Positions 61,801 through 64,000 are shown, counted from the stretch's first letter. The stretch is DNA of 64,000 nucleotides from Halocafeteria seosinensis (GCA_001687465.1 LVLI01000005.1:62001-126000), one strand, 5' to 3'. Numbers and translations are program-made. Notes: generated by a model not told the origin, from the letters alone.

Positions 61801-64000
61801 AACGGAGGGGGTATATTGTACAGGATGGACTCCATTACCCACAGGAGAAGTGGTGTCGACACCAGCGGATATTTCGGGAGGTCCTCGCGGTAAATCGGTC
61901 CTTTCAGCTCGATCATCGATCACACCTCGCAAAGTAACAGACAAGGCGTCGTCAAAGTCTAAATCAGTGTCCAAGGGGTTCCCAAAGATATCAACCACTT
62001 GGATAGAAAAGCGCTCTACGACCCCCTGAACTGCAACACCACGCGCATTGTGAGAGCTCAGTGGGCCATCGACCTCTTTAGAGTCAGACGCTATTTGGAC
62101 GCCACTTCGTAGATCTGTTGCTATGTGCTCGCCTCTTACGGCGACAAAAATGTCGTAACTTCCACTTAATGTTGGAGTATAACTAACTGTATACTTTCCG
62201 GGGGAAGGCAACGCCTTAATTGTGACTCTGGAATTGTTCAGTGTCAGCTCTGCCTCTGTACTGCGATGAGACAACCGTACATCGATTGCGTGAATATCCA
62301 CTCCGGATGGTCTCAGATTTCCCGAGGTACCGTGAACAACTATTTGGCTTCTAACAAAAGGCGAAACATTCAGAGAATCACTGGACAAGTCAGTCTCTTC
62401 AAATAGAGGAGTAAGCAACGGCTGAGGGCCGAGTGGTTTTGGATGGTCACCCCTCCCGCCATTAACGAAAGTAACTAGCCACATGCGCTCAACGACGGTT
62501 GATGAATCGGCTAGATTTGGACCAAATACGTTTTTTTCAACCTGTACTTTGCCGATAGAGGGGAGCTGTTCTAGTAGAGTTTTCATTTCCTCTGCTGAGG
62601 TGTCTTGGCTGAGAAGTTCCGTAACTTCACCCTTGAAACGCAATCTGAAAACACCCGTAACTTCACAGTACATCAAAGGTTTCTCAGGACAGTCCAATAA
62701 AGGCATACTTATCGCCTGCACTTCTTTTCGAGGCATATCTCGAACCGTAACATTGAAGGATAATTTGTCGCCTGCTAAACCGCCTTGGAGTCCGATACCT
62801 TCCGCTGTGGATGCAGCGCCACTAGGCCCTGAAACGTTCACTTCTATATGAAACGGACTGTGCTTGATCGTGTCTCGACCAATTGCTCTCACTTGCATTT
62901 CCCATGATCCAGCTTCAAAAACTGTATAGTCCATAAGGTAGGTTCCTAACGTACCGGACCGTCTCGCTTCAATTGAGGCGCCCGAAAGGGGTTTCAGTTC
63001 GTCTTTGAATCCAGTCGCGACCGGGGAGTCCACACGGATAAAAAATGTATCCCCATCACGAGCTACACTGGTAAGCAAATGGTCCGGCTGTACAGACGTC
63101 CCACTGAATAATCGTTGTAGCAATAGTCTAAGTCCCTGAGCACTAGAATTTGAGAACAATTCTAGCGTATTTTCCTCAAACCGTAGACTGATAACACTAC
63201 TTGTAGGAATCATATGTAGCACAATCGTACTTGAATTTAAGGATGCCTCTTGGGGGCCTTTCATCGAGGCAAAAAAATAGTCACTCACTCCATCCCCCTC
63301 ACCTTCCCCATTTCGCCTGTTTGCGAACGTGTCTCGTCCAACTATTTGTACTGTTTGTTTACTACCAGATGTTGCTTCCCTTAAGCCTTGACCAGAGGCT
63401 GTACTACTTGGCCCATGTAACAAACCATGTACCAGCTTAATAACTTTCTTCGATCTGTCCATTGTCGCAATTGGCTGACCAGCGAAGGACTCAGACAATA
63501 TCGTGCTGTCCCCGAGGTAGATACCAATTTCGTAGTCGCCAGCAACCAGAACCGTATAAGTGACAGCGTAGGAACCATCCCCTCTATCTTCAACATTGGC
63601 CTTGATTCGTTCGCCACAACCAGCAGAAATGCACGAAACTTCTACAAGAAATTCGTCTCCTCCTGAGTTACGAACGTTTCCGAACGTGTCTCGAGAGGTG
63701 ATAACGAAATGCTGTGTCTCCCCCACAGTGCCACCATGCAAACCGTTGCCCATTGCAAAAGACGTCAATGCCACTGCTTGCCCCGGACTGACAACCACTT
63801 GAAAGGGGGAGCAAGCATCTAGATCACCGCGGCCGCATTGGATGTGACTGCGGCCCAGCATCAATGAGTCTCCACTGGCACTAGTCTTTACTTCTATGTC
63901 GTAGTGTCCAGACTTCCTAATAAGGTAAGACACCAAATATTGTCCGCTCCCTATATATTCTGGCGAGACGGCGTATTCCTCCTTGTCAAGTGACCCTCTT
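28828..64000 (-). CDS. Giant (>11,700 aa) filamin / PA14 / fibronectin type III repeat protein, 5' end beyond window
   Basis: Single stop-free frame from 63999 to the stop at 28828. N-terminal filamin/ABP280 repeats (e.g. TSRDTFGNVRNSGGDEF...EDRGDGSYAVTYTV), two PA14 domains, ~30 FN3 domains (WxxPxxDGG...Y.IEW...L.PG..Y..RV.A.N..G) and many N-glycosylation sequons. Confidence 0.9.
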   Translation of the reverse strand, partial: RGSLDKEEYAVSPEYIGSGQYLVSYLIRKSGHYDIEVKTSASGDSLMLGRSHIQCGRGDLDACSPFQVVVSPGQAVALTSFAMGNGLHGGTVGETQHFVITSRDTFGNVRNSGGDEFLVEVSCISAGCGERIKANVEDRGDGSYAVTYTVLVAGDYEIGIYLGDSTILSESFAGQPIATMDRSKKVIKLVHGLLHGPSSTASGQGLREATSGSKQTVQIVGRDTFANRRNGEGEGDGVSDYFFASMKGPQEASLNSSTIVLHMIPTSSVISLRFEENTLELFSNSSAQGLRLLLQRLFSGTSVQPDHLLTSVARDGDTFFIRVDSPVATGFKDELKPLSGASIEARRSGTLGTYLMDYTVFEAGSWEMQVRAIGRDTIKHSPFHIEVNVSGPSGAASTAEGIGLQGGLAGDKLSFNVTVRDMPRKEVQAISMPLLDCPEKPLMYCEVTGVFRLRFKGEVTELLSQDTSAEEMKTLLEQLPSIGKVQVEKNVFGPNLADSSTVVERMWLVTFVNGGRGDHPKPLGPQPLLTPLFEETDLSSDSLNVSPFVRSQIVVHGTSGNLRPSGVDIHAIDVRLSHRSTEAELTLNNSRVTIKALPSPGKYTVSYTPTLSGSYDIFVAVRGEHIATDLRSGVQIASDSKEVDGPLSSHNARGVAVQGVVERFSIQVVDIFGNPLDTDLDFDDALSVTLRGVIDDRAERTDLPRGPPEISAGVDTTSPVGNGVHPVQYTPSVAGQYQLRATLRSRGGLLATYYRFTDFSGPLLASETGDLSHCPEEMVACDSTRIDATIDFDWGTGGPLTAFQFPTDFFGVIWEGEILIPTSDTVSLFLKADSEASLFFNGSVLLSNVNSTEEEVVGQINVEPGRFYTLRVEYVETTGNAFVSLFWSLGDLEKQPIPSTNLFFTRELMNSPHTVTVVPGALSASQTEIQGIPQDPVIAGTQVLVTILSRDSDGNLRFNDGSEKFLVSVRGIAGWAGEGRVNEEVTGSPLALEAGVTALGYNSEELARATVTQFASYITVDVDLRSVLKRGAQIAVGPQVFTVSHSGVYNATRIPLDSRVGVKDAEDVPIFLVGDDLGKYHVNFLPEVRGTYEVSIRAQPIATKQKLKVSADSELQGYWVPLLSEEAPELQRIFFTDSLPVVEEKLSSFADPARALNVTVDISEETGPGGSLLSVVYIIEFGQEDGVVPPVVMDISNVVGSNRRATVEVLVAGKEARNIGDSPFLVDVIPGPINAEKMVAMGPGLFVGKAGIASSFTIQTKDEFGNNLLLSGDPSRFIVEAYLAIPADTLDVRGNNLSPASSPVKVQGTVSKSLDGAFVATVLPTFSGEYSVAIMYISEREVHKLVIAHNEGERVAGSFNVIIGGIESGNLGFSVSPEVLRRIYQSSPSVDSVDIRVESTLTSKTFTVVFNRATSKMPQVSLVDNFDNANLTYSVSPLKRQHIGKELIPQTNRLVFVFSDSVEVDTVPVQISFRGRTIQVSGITSDSLESVSNLESIGAVSASVSTDILENSTIVEARVTFLSQINGTIISPSTIGQLPVFGATLVNASLGTVSSEILVLGYTPFSMTVSPAELSGPHSTAFSNAIPSSLVTAEFQQTSRFFIEMRDRFSNRIYEEPRRELQVISVPESFQTDFRVSAASETTGTMSSASNPAEIEFELEQIKSVGLVTVEKRVVAGHGVEFLVFFDTEQGDVAALQVDDSEEVMITSCSRFKMQQLQVHSATPINGSFKIGYRGEFTETVLFPPTKDTILQALNGISHLIYLRVEDLQLAPDSVGFSFVLDLISTEGDRQPFSLETFTLGGTRLQVTVEELCPSSPFASIESAFGIPEQNFVLRLDGPQKVIGTVKHDAAGIYEASYFTPRQGTYQLNVAQVGSKGLMGDYFNNRWLHGSPAFSRSDPRIDFEWPSFITESAKDFVSIRWTGFLKPLVDGIHTITVQVRDGARIWVQDSLIIDEFDHLPSPEEEFTAFSGNTSILSKGALYDITVEYRANTGFAMIKLFWESSVLPFQEIPAVSLSNQLMHIQDSPFPLKPFGVIPQTAEDVRTAVISPHSLSVTWLPPENDGGSDIVSYTIQYFTDITATEVQGLIIPFEEGSVFKIELEGRETNNLGIGATPAQVETELQNAFDNVGRVLVECVASPGARQSSCLPGDGETTIKYLVEFKDLVRERNGSFGTAELPPLGISHFSGSGLPVVCRADSANDQCDGLDLHIGGDVKDLCTRHSNCPVVSATKINTATGRYQFLLTDLTPGTEYTILVLAENNKGLGPPSDRQTLTPVGAPGRVISPFLRRSDFAADSVEVHWRMPTVLNGLNVERFRIEWGSSPDFSNNVSSAEMETELLMVLTNVPDSFAHTLRNLTPGAPIFVRTAAVNAAGRSLWSPILTIKPGGKPGPLGKNNVFLVQREATSGVSISESSSSLKVIWKTDAQTNGFPISSFLVESYTGVVKEEVQEVSFPLSVEGVFRLQFLGNTTRWLPGHVSPQILENALNSLSSIQQVRVSNSSDGGYTRYQITFVGKLGQQPTMLSAESSFSDDSGVVISVIQQGRAPAGARSQLVPRGSSTLQSVVLRELAPGVQVRVLVSALNELGISFATPSDPETLEPPKQKPAAPRLLRLLVNSQHSLRVSWFGPTSDGGDYVKKYRLEWDTNSNFSSAADGRCLGHHEREVRQGDCSQQPCIHDVAGLETGVQYYFRIFSFNSFGFSRDARSSVPESEIPRTTAPPPRNIEVSATSWDSISVRFDSSEETGGVAVSKYKIEYDVAGFDAWLAGKKSRDITHFPYEVQVLHVSSYKPISNFNASLRYVNASTDMMPFEVDCTTLRKQIEALSSIGMVDVQIRRRTKDGVFETFYAITFIANSVPAKKLPLLELASVNAPGGESIRVFRAVQAFQGFEIQQLNVVNAKSGRYSISADGWQTRGIGIFENSRNISMALLQLPNVGKTKVLTHREDDTLQITIVFLDRTSFCPSLQLLVDEVQSEDGMAPTATTVQFSRASDNFIATRHLREFEVQAEGKHIESNISMLEGNVHYHVRVSSWNGVGNKWGASTIALPRIISPQQFLPSPVKIDTASVNASAVSVSWNTAGTLYERLAKSAVIQYDNDIGVPPRLQLQLTSKSIITGSVRILIDRQRSDWFPVNASSSTIQQLLSKMEQFGRVSVSSSHSAAAYVWDVTFFAFRDSLPEVSIDISRLSGRRVSSSVVVKEEGMPPAFDSGSFGLLVRPLGEKKIATATPVQEIVITSAAEDICFDSHFWVSYNNFISPSIYLSDSADIVKSKLESIISIGVVEVEKVNLSQHASPPLRRYGIKWVVRFIEQTTNIPQLLLSGDGNTFVDSLKPSNESNLSGTDLLLQSSVIIGGGLPSNAIVDGLLEGESYFLRVALESQSRSRSEFLRAREAVSPERGVPQSPTDVFATPMNSGIFSIWWNAPSCFAGEFSYKTVIQWRDASRRSSDWEQSTQAISTECDSGTKSTTIDAQNLSGIEIRLLFLNNIGFSVPTTAQIVDRKYPSIVKSSSVLLLGSPVIPSGPGDVVAVPVASSSVGLIWKREEFSEPLGNSSSVYYLVQWDVDRKFTFASADSGAEVVSSSVCNPSLVCKHQLFFLSERPHFLRVAAVQNSLRSDFVSSSPAAITPVEQRVPAPSFNASPSGKDVANQIDVELWRPQKDENGFDITVESQPIVAYRFQLSASPSFQSKVVSEYEWPTALEGFSNFRVCNPCRIQLGSPVFLLNITKIDGIDEFHFKLRHGMQESQCLSSYLTIGNFTSAIKELYNVSAGANANFANSRETNAIGTESTLFYVNFIGSEFSNVGPASVTVEDCNPSSFNGLPSASVKFTSLNDNFSLTPGAHYFLKGAGVNSKGVGSFSTLRSSDSKNPLSVAPKATPGMPLAPTVAGVASNKSLVTLEWLPSDSNGGNTTTYVVEWREIFGFFPEANSRCELSGNCSEISPDATSLVIKAIIPICHTGQPLVFRIFAVNERGTGPAAIARPVCNVTTSGCIADVPGCSQCILPAATPGTLTEFEGSAVGSRLVFGSSFVWVSWVDGEHNTASLLGDSIRRYEIQWDTSSNFNSSNGHPAHQRNVSSDELPDMVKQFKLSNLRQGVVYFVRVRGVNQAGNGLFTTPISVKAFSAPLAPQRVAIHLTRTGDKAQLATTIATRIHAPLSDEGDSVTHYYIEWAPALKNSLSNPFLQDTEPTFTLTRSDGPLERFALLLDTSICGRCAMQGAYTSSALEQNATAADIELALSGLPNSGVVHVVDNGFDLEIIFASALSGPNISLSVLSTNGGWTISRQNEDEIIEGLCSDRLACILIEAEDTNEVQTTISGLTPGERYYIRVTAANAAGFGPAELSQPRYLAPPVVHPSKPTNLYDQNSPPVVQLAGPNLLQIRWGSPPFDGGDRVTKFKIEWDDNADFLNFSSPTKGLSSTSGFVVVDNCEPTFPLIYNIPMTGKSLMPGREYYVRLAAYNPTALFGPYALPVPAVLLVPRAVLPPSSVSYERTTASSVNLTWVLNSFPKHGGTVETLIERFSRRSFFPHFGRYAVQTLLLSLEDDTQWSSAGYFKLGYSESGKPNERVGEASAAVVQEVRIWSDSPMEGTFRLSFDTSHCTDCEFQVVSTTSGIPVGATKMGIQDALLSLDNVHSVKIDVSNNLRTGTSEILFKAVFTAPSMGSKLHPIRPLILDTTSLRSNSTVDSTVTTKTLLLPEEDLTTVLDRCDLILVDNKQFSVHASGLMKFDARNVPLADYRNCSKDVDFVFPSFSSALRISRVSSTEWIQPNATVDYLESSLRRLPGLGRVVVSETVPSNFTREFRVSFNDFFITNSTQPLLITNTYFSLPTLSVDVLYAEEGDKGFWPNNYQLDVVNSSSATDLHSHQLDGLVQGIRYRVRLSSRTPLGISNWTYLDNGLLLGKFPITPEVPTVEVLDTRTAKMDILYPMDGFTPARDATSLVVEVSDSSTVTSRIEQQLRYDIHEVKISTNAAPVTGGHFTLAIGAFNGTFVNKVESGSNICLFDFDHGSMIISSENGCNNLDKVMCPTERILVNNQMFRVLNVTSRSITLGHPGTGVPATYEGTSLILQPVFRESTLWGCINVSRNAHDLSVVSEVSRASIPDGLFVRIGHDSETIFKVSQVEDLVIALFDEDMGHATFPAHEAFFAPLYVPEFTSPIRATATAAEIKHLLEKLPSVSLVHVGRSLASSGFKWRITFASAPPGPLLVAGNTVLATDASRASLLISLVTEVLLQSLRENVLYTAEVKIANRFGFSEVVDGHPSPFHVHTVPPSAPLQVHMRPLEAGEIEIQWDSPLRDGGSPVQHYLLEVDSSLGFDSRKGKPLRSEFVRPEMIVQPDIQSFTVTSPSTGIGGTFSLIYYGKRTPQLDWNAGASEVESALESLPDVIDVSVQRRRHRGSSYLMENAGPFHGYTWTITFVSALRSGVHDLIVDATGLFSVTSSPVSASSGSVREVQGIKCLSGYEQEGSYFNVEIFGRSLQHVPVNISVNAFVELLQSITFVGDITPLNNGSKICQGEELLIRYESHVGDVPLMRIDNPRITVFEVIKGTNHLRDGMQMISQTVTDLAVTGKFFARVAAANNVGIGEFVVAGVRDQMHLIEWPELSAHPLVALVPVSTVVTPPSAIGIQQEENGDTMISWSSDTMESSQEFILQLDSFDTFSSRCGEQPLTTQLKLSKLDLSSSGERNITLNWSSSIAEWNTSITFSISLDSQIDEAVVENAISEQGVFELLNVRSQGDFSPHWNYSACLTIEYATLPPDVLIETEDLHELIEDFSMLVRASNQDLASSVSFEGGRGYSFERFSFDCTASMNRPEIEIHAAETKTVLQNDKLLFGREYWVRVVRVIDIAAGISRYSAPSEVAGPFTPREPPRPPAFAELEQVDTSRAQLSIFRPHTLSAFGSGGDEVVAYSFSTAGRATRQQEQQLVNVTTNGDVFDGQFQLKLGSSLSTCIDFSATEAELDAALSWMLKSNDVHSQLEHQSPSTLGFKVLFMDPSVQPPIDLIQVIFSENGCSMFEDNEGNVISPTSNVVRLQPGETFFVPEVTKLSTRSITGERLDENLTMRLSWNFQGEVSRLLCGSCIEIDLSDHPRRAYLVVGGFDLREVLAPGDVVMVGSHLNRVSENTEEPIGKDRIYLQWEHPENEQSVSLRQESTSLGPAVLLPGEDRTIILHTDTDVVLKDPLLLNNEVVAAAVNITVVGDRVQLVELDRPVSLVGAFSVRSRAWVTVPISVTGSELVAALQSLPGVATVQVTRFGPTANNEYDWLITFTSSNEASTANDTGLLGQAVAPTAEINVSTIVVRPSSPEDFNSSLLHTLDSATPAVRRISLSATSQILGSFAISDFSNGSILTVYSDTSADELRDLLTLGLPSIGSTKVHREANSASTEINWTVTFCSSSEIFSTIRVRGIDLHTVTGGDVHLFLEEVQQPIKPNQLAKFSFSPQDHLVATAASTGRSATGPKMVNSQGSGRPQTPVVPFLLTAESPPVPVSASIGSLNAHSAELTLNSPLSSFISVVDVVMGKTLTEGKIQASYSLECSMGFIFGSYRLKFQNDEDSFLTPLLDVNSSSSEISSILSLLSFVSNSSVTFGTATSSRKEATVELRTFLHPEGTNITVESSFLSCGEGSLPQVSASILSETIEDHEFRVRVKTPPANTRNRCTQRDEASSFPCLPSGRKSFAIVLSVATGHSLTGSISLKFSSSEEVHIFVNDSPSRIKSQLQEVFGSVEIFPVDEVFQQTALEGRMWVIESDFSDPTPWVDFSTLGGINARADILPVVRLSAYSSGGKLSGGFTLSLEESTSEFLHVDDTAVEVSRILRSFNHVGSLRVARDVSWREIGGRITIHQNSSTLFSTSELGDCAGKMIMLNGIKLSFCNVQDCSPGYCICDRDDPSSPAIWTFGEVVEGSGFKQTDGYEWYLAFDSTDAPLESLRIQQNDVSALGSHLVIDGPEEPADTITVGTNAVIQTVSLRLPMSSPVDGDDITFKISLDNEVTEDCLSWGLPVSELEENLSTLFRRWGCRNSSADCRLYTVVVEKDESFYVTFLGQSNHFETIPLLLPVVCGNGSFPFVDEVVLVDLLRPVVPLRRMSGSYLALPNNEKLESVVYARSKKAWRKIATASVETPEFAQPSSSPRDLVLVQDSMHAGLTFFWRPPLYSGGERVSQYLLECSLSPFYGDDVTRSSTYAIEDDIQVIDVTFRSQEGRGGFFLLSFGAAETWRLPWNVTAESLGSELANILGFYKIADIPIGVTRASRHNGFRWVVTFSRPRGNLELLSIDSSGLRGTGLHTHIWKRQNGNADISPNAYTFETQSLSIEMSANSEEEALFLLEDGNATVTLTFRGYSVQFDLPVNDTKVQEELQSIPVIRTVSVKSRSIKRVVTDFERAIKPDISLGFRFGIEWLVTFTHTTDDPERGAELLPLLVLQLSDNPEGLLFNSQVQSLRVVKGSRPLEARMEELPLGQKQFCRVFAGNSQGFSIPSQTASQSVITKSAEPSSVSTYKEGLDKVVVEWGIPSNTGGAVISQYKVEWWDEAPQKRVNVVTIGASAPIREVVGLKTTATEDDISGNFRVKFGGKLSEPISFQATASQLGDTLTRMPNIGQVSVRRFDSWVRMLGTFGAEQNSNILKVNGDAQDITSQLINGMTIRLAAYSEIEFGDVQNANEFAVVSYNVTHLVLDREFMGPTFSEYLVFLPGHGFVWEITFLGQLHVGPQPLFEVTNATQIDGSNVNIAAFVVKKGEYAIGGTFRLSLGNERTRPIPHNASSAILAGSIEELKSVGTIKVTRNLNVHGFDWMITFAAPCCERRALVIHQAGLIGEDVVAKSHLLQSAATSPQYGSRIVPGSTSGNRVSYTVGPLATGFEYSVRVTSISLEAGVGRSSAATQPQTVIALPDDVELLSALILSQSKVKVIWKLLPPQGAFGINLYEVQWSQSVDFSKFNSARISAWSGSQEAFYNVAGLETGKRTYFRVRASNAAGFGEFSNILSAIPRTLRPGAPIDAKLGVLSDVQLKVSWDPPSDQGFHFGGDGGLPILYYVIEWTERTFSKVTDLPMKSMIVNASQPLEAVIGERTITIGNVSSSLEPGKEYAVRLMAVSAEGFGAIAVTDPPTAVPTRRVPFAPVDLKLSPHSTTSFDAMWSLPLYDGGRTLESFTLDYTMDSSFDSFSRSFFSVSPESQYINLTSSVEPQQQHIDVVTDVLNEIQAISLDIGGRDEIQTVTIQSDPVEPQVQSISTFAQRVNEVQSVTATGQSVTEQQQIVTFTNATEYLISGADPSGPRREIQRIQTTSEDVDEVKMITLRDEYTGRAAIVELELFTDDLLMLHSLEFLVNCGEEQSNSSRVTFAFNASGTLFDVEQAVPIFVDNSSDILDIKQQIDDYFSDPSTFFGTASPTVSVSGDKLTVECGSEFQVGEFPSSGTSFEDRLVISYNSGRTDMSFDDDDVTVTVRFDINECRFQGTSGICKCGTSSGEEELSSCQYNVEFPTKFLPDEFEVHFSSNQGELAGHVEISRVDNLNDSNFRQYLVVFNGSAVDGVIPNSALIPENHRIPRTDCEGADSCPDIDPLGISRVTKGNQIVEGDFFLTYTDFASGDTVSTNTLAFNSPATGTGSIQFALNALPHLDNVNVTREGPDHAGGFVWSIEFLATDGDLRPLVPTEVSSNLTNSNIYIVENLCETGGYGCQEGEFIDQNSTFRISIPGYAPSDDSLFLRANATISEMEEFIHQLVSEQDGSPHPEVIVTRRELAPLLGEGWTGGYRWTVEFEGSDGDVPEMEILSSLMVSSSDKTDLHASAAVETVQEGNSVRGSFKLTFDNESTESITLVHEGISLLRDNITSQIQEKLEKISTIGNISVSVDAEPNSVQGYTWRITFEDDLNGGDIPQLQVEDNTRGTNSQASTDVVINTVTNGNQLSGGFRLSYKGAVTSLLLFDASSAAVRAALEALPTTDSIEVSRTDSILLEGESNTVKAYTWRVTFVSNVFSGDSVEDWSSGFSRGWGENVGPLPFEISCRSSTLSTTNSDFSMINCASEILETGVAPVNGYFRLRFNTTLDDCDTAIELGLPLVCESVTTRAIRHDAKPTREEDPLNSVEVILEELDNIGDVEVSRAMSSTPFTGAYTWSITFKRDPWTAHCPTGPLSCHSPGDVPLLSVVTDNTFCGGINCVCSPSTCLLEGNSTTTAFSIVSEEIQPGLVTSGKWGLNDTISSTERTLTVNTSASELRNALASLSSINKAFVSRQLMGRFRGVTWTVTFVDNAGMLPAGAGNREMLEIVQEQLTGDAVVVEIQSGSQALGGEFEVDLAGNNRGPVVLRFDEDSQRVRIAVMSLSNVGDVSVRKNSNFGAGHEGVPVLTPTMGGIRYTLIIRSVPGLIQGLAYPPGTSNVGFFETTSRLQGSNARARVSMESDFSYPLDGSYKLKFNNKTTEEIPFFASADLMATRLEDLESVGRVMVTRNEHFGWSLGNVTLAHGSSQVTFDNNMTDSSIYLDAKSKIRFEPRATRGYFSMDVPNYELGRVTVRTGDDFIRFEDLQRHQLYLGQNVRIYNWSASVVDLGELIQNVTIVADTVVGLVFSWTPPAGVRVVSPCIPSNASSQSLSKLLTSLTGGKVIVAQESEANVTYFTLRFTGTNVITMAGESLLTATLSTQCGLLNLSSFENVSVATSVVDNGRSGFVVDRPYEGPSFDGELSDTKLWMLSEVTCLASATHAQTALGFSSAQEGLNVSYQFVGLSLKTSCFPINATAISVEEKISSVINDSDIVVTIIKEDDILWHRLTFLSEQFNVTVVDCETGNEVTTSVEHAVMERPLVTSSTLILTEEVALPSGTYEAFVVNGFGYTVKFQSHLGNQNKLDPVDVDLTPTNASLDIHDNVEESLLPMHSRVQDVVGGTRYYTRVRAGNEVGEGNWSNPASIIVFGKPSAPLEYRLKHVNRVYGIQEISLGVAMLPSIQVVSTDALFIPEVFHLQIEALSTGGVSGSVLVVLSGSNVSIASNSTSDVIRKSLLQLDGINDVDVSTTVRSSSGSVDWTITLLDVVGKSSAEMTCSDDLLNNGRCSAERSVRRNFIGGHFFLRVKDHLSNSQVSTVSLAPDSSALLLQTELIRVTGMENILVDRVGPNQVGGYNWTVTFPPGTGEDLQLSTVSSLEGAGAAMSVTTKQRGSKLTGYFSLSLGDRITSLLSHQASDTDMANALEDELDTGSVLVSSTHWKSTGETTWRITFENLNIRQLNIDTTELRGLRATGIVRTVQTAIEETENALSGSFNVPPRDGGSNIASYVIEWDTTPSLVSANRGAMVVNVNSLLMTQLVRVEASPFSRVYNCSVDVGLTETDTVSISCNSSEEEVRMSLESLDGIDVVHVTKQQTFVPAANVVVNATHGDSIVYLRGDLTFDVPEGLLIQVDGIQFRVRSFEFPAISLGLASDHNAPTIFTGDTSDRHELFYSPEGAPTWAVDVIGYSGQASIQFRAFRFNVGESLSGAIVRVTSEACASCFHIRDLTPGREYFSRVAAENTLGIGEWSSTIQAVPRGIADGPLSVHIEPFSSSAVLVSWMPPPTNGGSSLTNYRVEWDTTSEFSSNSLSAENILPGSDLTFLISRISSPGASPYEGEGIQNGTEIFVRVSAENTVSFDDNSLWVSNSSQIVTNRRWTFSMPPSTVTKEVPPSAPRSVTSQVSRESCVQILFDAPRRTGSTGQLWYEYQLASDVQFSSLVVSGNVTDLPTLGAGGQLILNLCSLPLGEKVYTRIRAWTSFGASPFQEADEFVIPTAVPGVVKDLAISTTTDSHSDLESGEVQWLAPENVGGSALTGYRVEWWKVQDRHEVQEVSILSSLGFNDLDLDAEVLIRFAKSSELSVKIKVGSTAETIRKGLMYLGTGEISVSTEVISTGIKWTIRFDGTSNAGTNPPVAAAKIDQSSVSESNCNGQGQDCIIVKQTYVARGTRKQGMVERKYLRILGEGWFRLAVGGSEFGAFMPHNVSQTVLQETLAFLTSVREVLVTSTAVSEGTAWEIDFLPAGLPVGELSVDTTYLSGSATALDGNHDIFEDPSNEMQFGTLVCRRCVPHEAPLDFSSVRLDSTTTSRRLENVFERGVSYAVRVSAENERGIGRSEIAECAETSADYCVDSSIVHLPLAVPASPLNVTMSTVNNSGTSLQVDWVTPKWNGGTDILGFRVEWSTVAMFEASKTLRQFVKCPNYAENAIWTIRTSASTGTIDGGAFALVVEKGSQQQETFDISSLAVASRTQELEASAYNVSDVFCDTAEPLCSSLSNEFPGSMQSHLENINFINSVHVTRVDGTDEGEFTWRVTFLDGGDAWNMRVAKNLITTSSGTNASVIIFQEQQGENPDLLNCMEGHTLTSLVQGIPYFVRVTAYNKIGYGNPQGATTDDGKDSLAPTRTPGLPTAVSVRVVSGSQLRVSWSAPLDNGGSVIVEYRVDYSLTSEFHSVLSNSFFNIIDGGPFSVVLSGLAQGTDYWIRVCARNSVGFGKCQVSTPSKLAPITLPKAPLSVKAGVTSQSKITVGFSSPSNTGGDKIVSFQVEWDTDEEFEGFGGLPHKGIAEVTAVEGASSQSYTIENLSAGQQYFVRVSASNSIGFGMYSDASETLILAKQRPGRPVDVTVLNGTANVGCGGSLKVITHPPLIPRHGIPCSGTEEVPGSCSVNMGRDEQADGGVKIIRYEVHISVAPDFSSNVMKFHIDAETNGQLQKVVENLAQERYYVRVAAENSEGMSEFFIEPGSFFPSPPCPP
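57955..58375 (-). other. PA14 domain 2 of the giant protein (approximate bounds)
   Basis: GLMGDYFNNRWL...DPRIDFEW...DFVSIRWTGFL...VRDGARIWV...LYDITVEYRANTGFAMIKLFWES...EIPA. Confidence 0.8.
61290..61765 (-). other. PA14 domain 1 of the giant protein (approximate bounds)
   Basis: GGLLATYY...RIDATIDFDWG...DFFGVIWEGEI...ADSEASLFFNG...FYTLRVEYVETTGNAFVSLFWS...QPIPSTNLF. Confidence 0.8.

Noticed and set aside
29137..63802. Many short plus-strand ORFs opposite the giant gene (e.g. 44768..45598, 36257..36907)
   Set aside because: Ser/Thr/Pro-rich antisense shadows expected from the codon bias of the real frame.
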